DNA of 64,000 nucleotides from Myxococcota bacterium (GTDB lineage Bacteria; Myxococcota_A; UBA9160; UBA4427): the NCBI GenBank assembly GCA_029268645.1, contig JAQWNI010000094.1:6809-70808 (forward strand). Direction: 5' to 3'. The first letter of the stretch is position 1. Every line of letters starts with the position of its first letter. The notes beneath the pieces are model-generated. The model ran no database searches and was not told where the DNA came from. It was given only the letters and a program-made list of their open reading frames with translations. This document shows positions 46,133 through 55,872 of this stretch, piece after piece. The position numbers and the translations under genes were made by a program.

Positions 46133-48394
46133 TTGCTGAAAAAAATTCTGATCGCCGCCATCGCCCTGGCCGGACTCGCCCTGGTGGTTCTCTACCTCGC
46201 CGGGAACGGCGCCTTCGGTCGCCACGAATCCCCTGGACAAGTCAGCCAAGCCTCCCGCCCCCCCGACTCTCTCCAATCTGTTTCAGAGAGAGTCAAAGAA
46301 GCCGCTTCGGACATCGGCGTCGCGCAGTCTAAACAGATTCTTTTTGGCGATCTTCACGTGCATACGACTTTTTCCTTCGATGCTTTCATGATGAGCTTGC
46401 CTAGTCGGACGAGTGAAGGATCTCATCCGCCTGCGGATGCGTGTGACTTTGCCCGCTACTGCTCGGCCCTCGACTTCTGGTCGATTAATGACCACGCAGA
46501 ACAAATCACACCACGTCACTGGCAAGAAACCATTGAGTCAATCCGTCAGTGCAACGCAGTCGCAGGCTCAGAAGACAACCCCGACACTGTCGCCTTTCTC
46601 GGATGGGAGTGGACCGACGTCGGCACAACACCGGAAAACCACTACGGTCATAAGAACGTCGTCCTGGCTCACACCGACGACGACCGCATCCCCGCACGAC
46701 CGATCGCCGCACACAGCACATTTGAACGAGCCCGGACGGCCCTGGCCGACATCCCCACCCCCATCATCGGTTCCTTGGCTCTGGCCTCTCGGTCCGATCG
46801 AGTCAACGACTTGGCGCGCTACTTCGCAGAGCGGCGCAATGTCGAAGTCTGCGAAGAAGGAATCGACGTCCGAGAACTCCCCGAAGATTGCATTGAAACC
46901 GCTGCCACGCCCAGCGACCTTTTCCGCAAACTCAACCAATGGGACGTTGATTCCATGGTCATTCCCCATGGAACGAGTTGGGGCTTCTACACACCTCCCG
47001 GCTCAACCTGGGACAAACAGCTCTCACAAGAACATGACCCCGATCGCCAAACCCTTTTTGAGGTCTATTCCGGACATGGAAAGTCTGAGCGGTATGCCGA
47101 CTTTAGAGCCATCGAGTTCGATGCAGCCGGAAACATCCGTTGCCCAGAGGCCACCCCAGACTACCTGCCCACTTGTTGGCGAGCCGGCGAGATCATCGAA
47201 TCGCGCTGTCTCGCGGAAGGCATCAACAAGGAAGAGTGCGCGGCTCGGGCTCTGGTCGCGCGGCAAAATGCAGTGGAGGCCGGCGGGCAAAACCATTTGA
47301 CGGTGCCAGGCGCTCGCCCCGAGGATTGGCTTGATGCAGGCCAGTGCAAGGAATGCGACCAGCCGGCTTTTAACTATCGGCCTGGCGGCAGTGCCCAATA
47401 CGTCTTAGCCATAGGAAATTTCGAGGACCCCGAAAACCCCAAACATTTTCGTTTCGGCTTCATGGGGTCCAGTGACAACCACTTCGCGCGACCGGGAACC
47501 GGATATAAGGAGGTGAAGCGTCACGGTTTTACCGAATCAAGAGAGCAAAATACGAATGCCCCCCTGCTCGGAGGCCTCCTCATACCCGAGCCCGCAGAGC
47601 CCGTCTCTCGATCACAACCCTTCGATCCGGACGATCCAGCGTCAGGCTTTGCGCTTTTCCAGCTTGAACGACAATCCTCGTTCTTCAGCACCGGTGGACT
47701 CATCGCCGCCCACTCGGCCGGCCGAGATCGCGCTTCGGTTTGGGAGGCTTTACAGCGCAAAGAGGTATACGGCACGAGCGGGCCTCGCATCCTCCTCTGG
47801 TTCGACCTGATCAACCCCCCCGGAACACGCGGCCAACCGGCCCCCATGGGCAGCGAAGTTGAAATGAACCAAACCCCGATTTTTCAGGCCCGCGCGGTCG
47901 GTTCTTATGAACAGCGCCCCGGTTGTCCGGAATACGCGGTCAGTGGCTTGGGGCCGGAAAAACTCGACCATATTTGCAAGAACGAATGCTACAACCCCTC
48001 TGACCGAAGAAGACTGATTAGCCGACTCGAGGTCGTTCGAGTGCGACCTCAGGTCAAGCCGGAAGAAGACGTCTCTACCCTGATCGAGGACCCCTGGCGC
48101 AGCTTTCGTTGCCAGCCGGATCCGTCAGGATGTGCCATCACCTTTACCGATCCCGACTATGAACGGGACGGTCGGCCCAGCGTTTACTACGTCCGGGCCA
48201 TTGAGATGCCTCAGCCTGGAATCAACGCCAACAATGTCCGTTGCACCTATAACGCCGAGGGGCGGTGCATCGAAACCCAGCTCTGTCAGGATGAGGACGA
48301 CGAATGTCTCGCACCTCAGGAACCCCGGGCCTGGTCATCTCCTATTTATATCGACCCCTCTTCTCAAAAGACTGCGCTTAGATCGACTCGCTGA
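46133..48394 (+). CDS. DUF3604 family protein, paralog 2 (N-terminal membrane anchor)
   Basis: TTG start 6 nt after AGGAGA. KKILIAAIALAGLALVVLYL anchor. LFGDLHVHTTFSFDAF, INDHAE, LGWEWTD, VIPHGTSWG. Cys-rich C-terminus ending AWSSPIYI. Confidence 0.8.
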   Translation: MLKKILIAAIALAGLALVVLYLAGNGAFGRHESPGQVSQASRPPDSLQSVSERVKEAASDIGVAQSKQILFGDLHVHTTFSFDAFMMSLPSRTSEGSHPPADACDFARYCSALDFWSINDHAEQITPRHWQETIESIRQCNAVAGSEDNPDTVAFLGWEWTDVGTTPENHYGHKNVVLAHTDDDRIPARPIAAHSTFERARTALADIPTPIIGSLALASRSDRVNDLARYFAERRNVEVCEEGIDVRELPEDCIETAATPSDLFRKLNQWDVDSMVIPHGTSWGFYTPPGSTWDKQLSQEHDPDRQTLFEVYSGHGKSERYADFRAIEFDAAGNIRCPEATPDYLPTCWRAGEIIESRCLAEGINKEECAARALVARQNAVEAGGQNHLTVPGARPEDWLDAGQCKECDQPAFNYRPGGSAQYVLAIGNFEDPENPKHFRFGFMGSSDNHFARPGTGYKEVKRHGFTESREQNTNAPLLGGLLIPEPAEPVSRSQPFDPDDPASGFALFQLERQSSFFSTGGLIAAHSAGRDRASVWEALQRKEVYGTSGPRILLWFDLINPPGTRGQPAPMGSEVEMNQTPIFQARAVGSYEQRPGCPEYAVSGLGPEKLDHICKNECYNPSDRRRLISRLEVVRVRPQVKPEEDVSTLIEDPWRSFRCQPDPSGCAITFTDPDYERDGRPSVYYVRAIEMPQPGINANNVRCTYNAEGRCIETQLCQDEDDECLAPQEPRAWSSPIYIDPSSQKTALRSTR

Positions 48395-48463
48395 GAGGAG
48401 ACAATTCGGGCGAGCTCGCCCAATAGGGATTAAAGAGCAATTGCCCAAGAGAGGTACGAAACG

Positions 48464-49300
48464 ATGACTCGAACTTTCGAGTGGATTCAAATCGATGTGG
48501 ACCGCGGCGTGGCCACTGCGACGATCAAGCACCCTCCTATTAATTTAATCACCCTCTCCCTATTTCGAGAACTCGCGGGACTCGCCGAAGAAGTCGAGCA
48601 GGATTCAGAAATCCGCGCGCTCATTCTCAGGAGCGCTCTGCCGGATTTTTTCCTCGCCCACTTTGATGTCGAAGCTATCCTCAAATTCGACACAAATGGC
48701 CCGGCCGAACGTTCACGCTTCAACGCTTTTCATGCGCTCTGCGAGCGGTTCCGCACGATGGACGTGGTGACCATTGCCCAGATAGAGGGTCGGGTCGGAG
48801 GCGGAGGGAGCGAGCTCATTTCGGCCTTTGACATGCGATTCGGGACCCTGGGCCAAGCAATCATTAACCAAATGGAGGTCCCCATCGGGATCCTCCCAGG
48901 CGGCGGCGGGACCCAGCGGTTGCCTCGCCTGATCGGGAGTGGCCGGGCACTGGAGGTAATCCTTGGCGGAATCGATCTCGATGCAGAGACCGCAGAACGC
49001 TGGGGGTATTTGAACCGAGCGCTCAGCGGAGACGAGATCGGACCCTACGTGCAGACTTTGGCGATGCGAATCGCGTCTTTCCCACCCGAGGCAGTTCGAC
49101 TGGCTAAGCGCGCCGTCCACCGGGCCGAGCTCCCCCTCTCCGAGGGTCTGGTCGAGGAAGACTTCCTCTTTCAAATGTTGCTCCGCACAGACGATGCCCA
49201 GCAGAGCATGAGACGCTTCCTGGATCTAGGCGGGCAAACACCGGAAGGGGAGCAGCGCATCGCAGAGCTCTCTCAGAAAGTGGCCTCAGAGAAGCCGTAG
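48464..49300 (+). CDS. enoyl-CoA hydratase/isomerase (crotonase) family protein
   Basis: VATATIKHPPINLIT, the oxyanion-hole region IAQIEGRVGGGGSELISAFDMRF, and GILPGGGGTQRLPRLIG. Confidence 0.85.
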   Translation: MTRTFEWIQIDVDRGVATATIKHPPINLITLSLFRELAGLAEEVEQDSEIRALILRSALPDFFLAHFDVEAILKFDTNGPAERSRFNAFHALCERFRTMDVVTIAQIEGRVGGGGSELISAFDMRFGTLGQAIINQMEVPIGILPGGGGTQRLPRLIGSGRALEVILGGIDLDAETAERWGYLNRALSGDEIGPYVQTLAMRIASFPPEAVRLAKRAVHRAELPLSEGLVEEDFLFQMLLRTDDAQQSMRRFLDLGGQTPEGEQRIAELSQKVASEKP

Positions 49301-49347
49301 TCTCGCGGAGGCTTGCCCTGGGCCTAGGGCTTGGCTAACTGCCTGCC

Positions 49348-50568
49348 ATGCCGATCGCTTCGCCGACTTCCGCCTTCAACGCCAACGAGCGCCGCATCGT
49401 TCACTTCACGGGCTTCGGCCATGCGGCCACGCACTACGTCGAACTTGTTTACCCCACCCTGGCGGTGGGCTTGGCGGCGGAGACCGGATTGCCGCTCACC
49501 GAGGTCCTGGCCTGGAGCTTTGCGGGATACCTTCTCTTCGGTCTCGGCGCGCTTCCCGCTGGAATCGTGGCGGACCATTTCGGAGCACGACCCGTCATTC
49601 TCTTCGGCTTGATGGGCTCTGGGCTCTCTGCGGGAGCAGCGTCTTTCGTAGATACCGGCTGGCCCATCGCCCTGTGCCTAGCCGGAATCGGCACTTCGGC
49701 GAGCTGCTATCACCCGGCCGGCACGGGACTTCTTTCCCGGGCCGTCCGGGCCAGGGGTCGTGCTCTCGGCATCAATGGCATTTATGGAAACGCAGGCATC
49801 GCCTTGGCCCCCCTGATGACTGCATTGCTCTCCGAGCGGGTTGGCTGGCGCGCCACTTTTGGTCTGACCGGCGCAGTCCTGCTCATCGCAACCTGGGTGT
49901 TTGCCCGAATGGATTTTTCAGAACCCAAACGCGCACCTGTGGCCCCGCAAGCGGAGCCCAAGCACGAACCAGAATCAAAAAACGCCTCCGCGCCATCGGC
50001 CCTCGGACTCGGCCCCTTCCTGACCATCTGCTTCACCGCCACCCTCGGCGGCTTCATGTATCGAGCCAACACTGTGGCGCAACCAGCCCTTTTTGCTTCG
50101 GAAATTGACTTCATGGGATACGGCATGGCGGCTTCCGGAGCGATGCTGCTTGGCCTGGTCGGCCAATATCTCGGCGGCCTCGTGGCCGACAAATGGGAAC
50201 TGCGCGGGGGGTACCTCTTTTTTCACGTGGCCAGCGTGCCTCTTTTGATAGCCATCGCCTGGACCAGCGGGGTATCGCTACTGATGACCTCAGCTCTATA
50301 CGTCTTTTTCGCCCTCGGCATGCAGCCGATCGAAAATAGTCTCTTTGCAGCATTGACCCCCGAACGATGGCGCTCCACCGCTTATGGAATCAAATTCACA
50401 CTCACGTTTGGCGTGGGCTCGACCGCCGTTTGGCTGGTCTATGAAGTCGCCCGAACAGATGGCTGGTCTGCGGTTTACTGGGCCCTAGTCGGCGTGGCAT
50501 TGGCGCTGATCGTCGGTATCGGGGCACTCTACCTACTGACCCTGGGGCGACCTGTTCGCAATCGCTGA
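49348..50568 (+). CDS. MFS transporter
   Basis: 406 aa with about 12 TM segments. The loop 2-3 motif GIVADHFGARPV is of the D-R/K-x-G-R type. Confidence 0.8.
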   Translation: MPIASPTSAFNANERRIVHFTGFGHAATHYVELVYPTLAVGLAAETGLPLTEVLAWSFAGYLLFGLGALPAGIVADHFGARPVILFGLMGSGLSAGAASFVDTGWPIALCLAGIGTSASCYHPAGTGLLSRAVRARGRALGINGIYGNAGIALAPLMTALLSERVGWRATFGLTGAVLLIATWVFARMDFSEPKRAPVAPQAEPKHEPESKNASAPSALGLGPFLTICFTATLGGFMYRANTVAQPALFASEIDFMGYGMAASGAMLLGLVGQYLGGLVADKWELRGGYLFFHVASVPLLIAIAWTSGVSLLMTSALYVFFALGMQPIENSLFAALTPERWRSTAYGIKFTLTFGVGSTAVWLVYEVARTDGWSAVYWALVGVALALIVGIGALYLLTLGRPVRNR

Positions 50569-50580
50569 GAGTGAATCCTG

Positions 50581-51960
50581 CTACGGCAAGAACCGTGCAC
50601 AGAGTCGCGACAGCCAGGGGCTCGGTTGGCGACCTCGCTCTTCCGCCTCGTCCAAGTACTCGGCCAAGCGCCTCACCGCAGTCACACCCGCCCACCGAAG
50701 AGGTTCGGGTTCCCAGAGTGGGAAGTCTTTGTGTAGCCAATCCGCTTCCGTCCGATAAGTGCGCCGCTCCATAATTAAATCCGCCAGGGTCGATCCGATC
50801 CAGTATGCGCCCATCACCCCCTCGCCCACATAACCACCCCCAAATGCGATCCCCGAAGCATTCCGTCGCCTCACCCGTGTTTGACCATCTCTTGGAACAC
50901 CCAGCGGGCCGCCCCACCGATGCGTAATAGCCGTCGATTCGAGTTGAGGAATCAAGGAAAGCATCGCACCACGCACGCGTTCGAAAATGGGGTCTTCGGC
51001 CTCGAAACGCGTCCGTGGTTTGGATCCGTATGCATAGATTCCTCGTCCGCCGAAGGCCAGTCGACCGTCTGCTGTTCTCTGCCCATAGACGGTCACTCGC
51101 CGCCAATCCCCAATCGTTTCGCGTTCGGATAGACCAATAGAATCCCACATTGAGTCAGACAGGGGCTCAGTCGCGATCATCATCGAATGCAAGGGGATCA
51201 ACCGGCGCTTTCGGCCCTTTAGATTGGGCGTAAATCCCTCAGTGGCCATAACCACGTGGGCGGCCTGGATTTGACCACGATCGGTTGCAATGCCCCTTCG
51301 CTCGACCCGTCGCACTGCCGATTGTTCGTAGAGCCTGACTCCTTGCCTCTCGACTACCCGAGCTAGGCCACGAACAAGCCGGGCCGGATTCAGCGCGGCA
51401 ACATGGGCTGAATAAAGTGCCCCGGCAAAGGAACGAGAGTGAATCCGCTCCGCAGCTTCCTCAGCGCTCAAGAACCGGTAGCTATCGTCTCCGAATCCCG
51501 CCTGACGGAGCAAACTCAGCTCTGCCCGGAGACGCGGGAGGTGCGCCGGTAGCCGGGCCAGCTTCAGCGCACCGCCTTTTTTGAACTCGCAGTCGATGCC
51601 CTCGCGAGCGACAATTTGGCCCACTTCATCCACCGCCTCAAAGAGATGGGTCTGAAGCCGCCTCGCGCCGTCTCCGTGACGCGGGTCGTTGAGCAAGGAC
51701 CGGACCCCCGACAATTCCCCCATACACCAGCCGCCATTCCGGCCCGATGCGCCCGCCCCGCAAATGTCTGACTCACAAATCACGACATCCAAAGACGGAT
51801 CGATTCGCTTGAGCCCGTATGCGGTCCAGAGGCCGGTGTAGCCTCCCCCCATGATCGCCACATCACAACGCAAGGATCCTTCGAGTGCTGGCCTCGGCGA
51901 CAGGGGTTCGTTGAGGCGATCGAGCCAAAAGCTTTCTTGCTTGACATTCCTCAATCCCAC
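50581..51960 (-). CDS. FAD-dependent oxidoreductase (DAO family, gamma-glutamylputrescine-oxidase-like)
   Basis: CDVAIMGGGYTGLWTAYGL dinucleotide fold, and GASGRNGGW. Confidence 0.8.
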   Translation of the reverse strand: MGLRNVKQESFWLDRLNEPLSPRPALEGSLRCDVAIMGGGYTGLWTAYGLKRIDPSLDVVICESDICGAGASGRNGGWCMGELSGVRSLLNDPRHGDGARRLQTHLFEAVDEVGQIVAREGIDCEFKKGGALKLARLPAHLPRLRAELSLLRQAGFGDDSYRFLSAEEAAERIHSRSFAGALYSAHVAALNPARLVRGLARVVERQGVRLYEQSAVRRVERRGIATDRGQIQAAHVVMATEGFTPNLKGRKRRLIPLHSMMIATEPLSDSMWDSIGLSERETIGDWRRVTVYGQRTADGRLAFGGRGIYAYGSKPRTRFEAEDPIFERVRGAMLSLIPQLESTAITHRWGGPLGVPRDGQTRVRRRNASGIAFGGGYVGEGVMGAYWIGSTLADLIMERRTYRTEADWLHKDFPLWEPEPLRWAGVTAVRRLAEYLDEAEERGRQPSPWLSRLCARFLP

Positions 51961-52022
51961 ACTCCTTCATGCGGAACGGGACCCTCATTTTTGAACCGCG
52001 TATATACAGGAGCCATTCGCGT

Positions 52023-52727
52023 CTACTCAAGCAACCGATAGCCGGTCGGCGTGTCGGAAAGAAACAGGGAAAATCCCGTCTCAAAAAAAACAGCCACCGC
52101 ATTGGCCAATACGACGATGCCAAAAAAAACCACCACCGCCCGAGAAAGGCGCCGGAAACGATGCGAAAACACGATTGCCCCGGGTCCGGCGAAGAGCAAA
52201 ATCACCCCAGACACGGCCAGAAGCGTCACAAAGACCAACAGGGCCCAAGTGTAAAGGTGCAGACCAAACAAGGGGGTTCCATAGCCTGGATCTCCCGGGG
52301 CAATGTGCAAAAGAACGTGTCGGGCTGAAATGACCAGACCGATCAAAGCGCCAAGAATTAGCATCCCCCATGAACGGGCCCATAAAGCGGGCTCAATCTC
52401 GCCTTGCCTCAGGCCCGCGAGAATGACTCCAACCGGCCCCACCATCGCCAGAATCATTGCCATCCGCTCAAGGATGCAGAGCGGGCATGGGAATTCACCT
52501 TGGGCAAATTGAACATAGAAGCCACCGCATAGAACCCCGGTCACCACGACAACCATTGCGTGCAGACCAAAAACAACAGCATGCTGGAGCCACAACGCCA
52601 TCACAGACTGATCGCCAAATGCAAAGAGCTGTGATGAAAGAACAGCCAAAGGATGGCGGCGCAGCTCATTCCAAAAAAGACAAGAGAGCGCACCGGTTGC
52701 CTCGCATTTTGGCTCAAGGCTGTCCAC
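52023..52727 (-). CDS. DsbB-family disulfide bond formation protein-like membrane protein
   Basis: The CPLCILERMAMIL pattern (CxxC followed by E/Q-R), as in the first periplasmic loop of DsbB/BdbC. Four or more TM helices. The start is uncertain. Confidence 0.55.
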   Translation of the reverse strand: MDSLEPKCEATGALSCLFWNELRRHPLAVLSSQLFAFGDQSVMALWLQHAVVFGLHAMVVVVTGVLCGGFYVQFAQGEFPCPLCILERMAMILAMVGPVGVILAGLRQGEIEPALWARSWGMLILGALIGLVISARHVLLHIAPGDPGYGTPLFGLHLYTWALLVFVTLLAVSGVILLFAGPGAIVFSHRFRRLSRAVVVFFGIVVLANAVAVFFETGFSLFLSDTPTGYRLLE

Positions 52728-52912
52728 GCCAGCAGTAGAAAAATGGCCATCGCGATCATCGGCGTCTGTCCTCAGATCTCCAAGTGATGCGGTAACCCTT
52801 AACGCTAAAAACCCTGCCCCGGGCTACTTGCCTCCGCGGGCCACTGATCGAGTATGCCACGGCCTCCCCCGGTCGAACACGAAAACCGGAAGGAGGTCCG
52901 CTTCTCCTCGCT

Positions 52913-53416
52913 TTAGGGCTGGTGGGTCTCGAAAACCTCAAACCCACTCGCAGCCGGTGTGCCGAAAGCAATGACCTCAAACGCTTCATGTCGACGCGGG
53001 TCCGGGTGCTCCATCCCGGGTGAACCCATTGGCATTCCGGGCACCGCCAGGCCGGCCACTCTGGGGCGCTCTTTGAGTAGCCTCCGAATGTCCGACGCCG
53101 GTACGTGCCCCTCAATCACATAACCGCCTACCAGCGCGGTATGGCAAGAGGCCATCGACTGAGGCACCCCATTGCTCCGTTTCAGGGCGGTGAGATCCGG
53201 CAAGTCAGTTGTCTTCACATCAAAACCGGCCGCCCTGAGATGATTCACCCAATTGCCACAACAGCCACAAGTCGGCGTTTTGTAAACTTGGATCATTTCC
53301 GCCTGAGACGAATCCACCGAATCCGGCTCCGCTCGGGCGACCCCGCCTCCACCAACGCCCGCGACCCAGAAAATTGCAACCGCCAAAAAAAACACGCCAG
53401 AAATTCGATTCAACAC
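52913..53416 (-). CDS. DUF411 (CopG-like) periplasmic metal-binding protein
   Basis: Signal peptide. VYKTPTCGCCGNWVNHL, SCHTALVGGYVIEGHVP and PGMPMGSPGME are typical of DUF411. Confidence 0.75.
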   Translation of the reverse strand: MLNRISGVFFLAVAIFWVAGVGGGGVARAEPDSVDSSQAEMIQVYKTPTCGCCGNWVNHLRAAGFDVKTTDLPDLTALKRSNGVPQSMASCHTALVGGYVIEGHVPASDIRRLLKERPRVAGLAVPGMPMGSPGMEHPDPRRHEAFEVIAFGTPAASGFEVFETHQP

Positions 53417-53594
53417 CTTCGCCTGCCTCCCATGACTGAGCCCTCAGACTCATTCCCTTTCTAAAAGTAGAACCCCTCGGGCTCAGTGCCCAGCGGCCCG
53501 ACTTTCCAGTCCGGAGACTCTGCATCCCCCGGCACAAAGCGGTAGCTTTCGGCCTCCGCATTCGCGGATTTTTTCGCTCAATCTGGAGTTCAGC

Positions 53595-55052
53595 GTGTCG
53601 AAAGCTCAATCCCGAATTGCCATCATTGGAGCCGGTCCGTCAGGCCTTGCCGCCGGCCACGAATTGCTGGCCCAAGGTTTTTCAGCCTTCACGATCTTTG
53701 AAAAGGCGGATCAGCCGGGAGGCACATGGCACAACGAATCCTACCCCGGCCTTGCATGCGACGTGTGGGCTCATTCTTACACCTTCTCGTACGCACCCAA
53801 CCCGGACTGGACGGCGAGCTTTGTCGAGCAACCCGAAATCGAGGCCTACCTCCAACGATGCGCCCGTGAGTTCGGGCTGAGCCCTCACATTCGGACAGCG
53901 ACCCAGATCACTCGCATGCAGTACCAAGAGGAGGGGTTCTGGACCCTGACCTCTGACCAGGGCGATTGCTTCGAATTCGACATCGTGATTAATGCGATGG
54001 GAAACCAGCACACTCCCCTCTTCCCCGATGTCCCGGGACGAGAGCAATTCGAAGGTCCCAGCTGGCACTCGACGGACTGGAATCACGACCTTGACCTTAG
54101 CGACCTCCATGTCGCCGTCGTCGGTTCCGCCGCCAGTGCAGTCCAGATCGTGCCCGAGCTCGCGCGCACCACCAAACAAGTCACGGTACTCCAACGATCG
54201 CCCAACTGGATCATGCCCAGAGGTCGTAAATTTTATTCGGAAAAAAAGAGAAAATTATTCAAGAATGTCCCCCTCTACCTGCGAGCCACGCAGAAAGCCC
54301 AACGCGCGCTCATGGGCCTTGTCCATCAAGCAGCCACAGTTGGCCATAAGCGCATGGATCAATTTGAAAAACGCGCACTTCAATATATTGACCGTGCCAT
54401 CCTCGACCCTGACTTGCGAGAAAAAGTCACCCCCAAAAGTCGATTCGCCTGCAAACGAGGACTGGTCTCGGATGATTTCTACCCGGCCCTGACTCAACCC
54501 CATGTCGAGCTCATCGACGAAGGCCTCGAGGCTGTGCGTCCGGAAGGGCTCACCACGAGTAGCGGGCGACACATCGATTGCGATGTCATCATTTATTGCA
54601 CGGGCTATCGAATTTTGGACTTCGACAGAATTGAAGTTGTGGGAAGCCATGGCAAGAAACTCGCCGAGCAAATGAAACAGGCCCCAGAAGCCTACAAAGG
54701 TATCGCCGTACCCAATTTTCCCAACTATTTCTTTGCCGTTGGGCCCAACGGGCTTGTGCTGAACGTCCCGTATTTCGTCACCGTTGAGCAAAACATCTCG
54801 ACCATCGTCCGGCTGATTCTTGAAAAAGATGTCGCAAAGGCATCATCCATCGCCATCAAGCCTGAAGCCCACCAAGCCTACAACGATTGGATGCGGCCCC
54901 GTTTCCCACTGTTTTCCTGGGGCGACGGGTCTTGCAACAGCTACTATCGGTTTGATGACGGCCGGGCCCCCTTCTTGTTCCCCGGAGATTTCAAAACCTA
55001 CAAAACCCTCCAGGATAGAAGCGACATTGAAGACTTCTACTTGATGGCATAG
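53595..55052 (+). CDS. class B flavoprotein monooxygenase (Baeyer-Villiger/FMO type)
   Basis: IAIIGAGPSGLAAG (FAD binding), FEGPSWHSTDWN (matches the FxGxxxHxxxW fingerprint), VAVVGSAASAVQ (NADPH binding). Confidence 0.8.
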   Translation: MSKAQSRIAIIGAGPSGLAAGHELLAQGFSAFTIFEKADQPGGTWHNESYPGLACDVWAHSYTFSYAPNPDWTASFVEQPEIEAYLQRCAREFGLSPHIRTATQITRMQYQEEGFWTLTSDQGDCFEFDIVINAMGNQHTPLFPDVPGREQFEGPSWHSTDWNHDLDLSDLHVAVVGSAASAVQIVPELARTTKQVTVLQRSPNWIMPRGRKFYSEKKRKLFKNVPLYLRATQKAQRALMGLVHQAATVGHKRMDQFEKRALQYIDRAILDPDLREKVTPKSRFACKRGLVSDDFYPALTQPHVELIDEGLEAVRPEGLTTSSGRHIDCDVIIYCTGYRILDFDRIEVVGSHGKKLAEQMKQAPEAYKGIAVPNFPNYFFAVGPNGLVLNVPYFVTVEQNISTIVRLILEKDVAKASSIAIKPEAHQAYNDWMRPRFPLFSWGDGSCNSYYRFDDGRAPFLFPGDFKTYKTLQDRSDIEDFYLMA

Positions 55053-55127
55053 ACACAAGTCCTCAACCAATCGGATCTATTTATCCGGATTCCAAAGCTC
55101 ACACTCAAGCAGCCACCGAGATTTGCA

Positions 55128-55796
55128 ATGTGGACGGCCCTACGGACGGACTGCCAAAGATACGGAGTACGCCGAACCTTCATCAGCCGATTCGCATGGC
55201 AGCTCGAGCGAAGGGGTGGCGTCCAAGTGTACCGAATCGGTTGCCGACCCTTGAGTGCAATTCACCAAGAGCCACGCGCATGCCCTCCGGACCTGGACCT
55301 CAAGCTCCTGAATCCACAAGAAATTTTGGATGCCTCGACCGACGCTGGACTCGAGCTCCCCCGAGACGTGGCTCAAGAATCCATCGCCCGAGGAGATATC
55401 GTTGTCGGAGGGTTTAAACAATCGCAATTAATCGCCTACGTATTTGCATCTACCGATACCGCCCCCCATGACGACTCGTTTTTCGTCAGAGTACGAAAGC
55501 CTTTTCGCTATAGCTTCAAAAATTTTACGCGCACGGAACATCGGGGCCAAGGGATTAGCTACTTCCTAAACAATTTCCCAGAACGAAACGAGGCCTGCAG
55601 GCAACGCGGTTGCACGGATTCAATCTTCTTTATCGCGCTCTCCAACCTGCCCAGCCTGAAAGCCAATTCCAAGCTCATGGGAACAGCTTGGATCGGGTGG
55701 ACCCTCAACGGTCAGACCTTCGGCTACAGCTGGTCTTTGCGCTCCGCTGGCCCGCGACGTGTCGGCTTTCAGTTTGTTCGTCGGGCAGACCGATAA
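55128..55796 (+). CDS. hypothetical protein, GNAT-like acyltransferase fold suspected (tandem paralog A)
   Basis: 222 aa. Aligns along its whole length with the next gene. FTRTEHRGQGISYFL resembles the GNAT R/Q-x-x-G-x-G/A acyl-CoA loop. Confidence 0.45.
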   Translation: MWTALRTDCQRYGVRRTFISRFAWQLERRGGVQVYRIGCRPLSAIHQEPRACPPDLDLKLLNPQEILDASTDAGLELPRDVAQESIARGDIVVGGFKQSQLIAYVFASTDTAPHDDSFFVRVRKPFRYSFKNFTRTEHRGQGISYFLNNFPERNEACRQRGCTDSIFFIALSNLPSLKANSKLMGTAWIGWTLNGQTFGYSWSLRSAGPRRVGFQFVRRADR

Positions 55797-55872
55797 TCAG
55801 AAAACCAAAAGACCTGCCCTGGAAGCCAACGCAGAAGTCACCAGCCATTCGGCAGCCAAAGGAAAACGACCA

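Noticed and set aside
50402-51148. A 248-aa minus-strand ORF overlapping the FAD oxidoreductase in another frame.
   Set aside because: The alternative frame (50581..51960) carries the dinucleotide-binding motif and a full-length DAO-like sequence. This ORF is Arg/Gly/Ser-rich noise.
52756-53115. A 119-aa minus-strand ORF spanning the dsbB-like/DUF411 gap.
   Set aside because: It overlaps the DUF411 gene in a different frame, is Arg-rich with no motifs, and is likely spurious.
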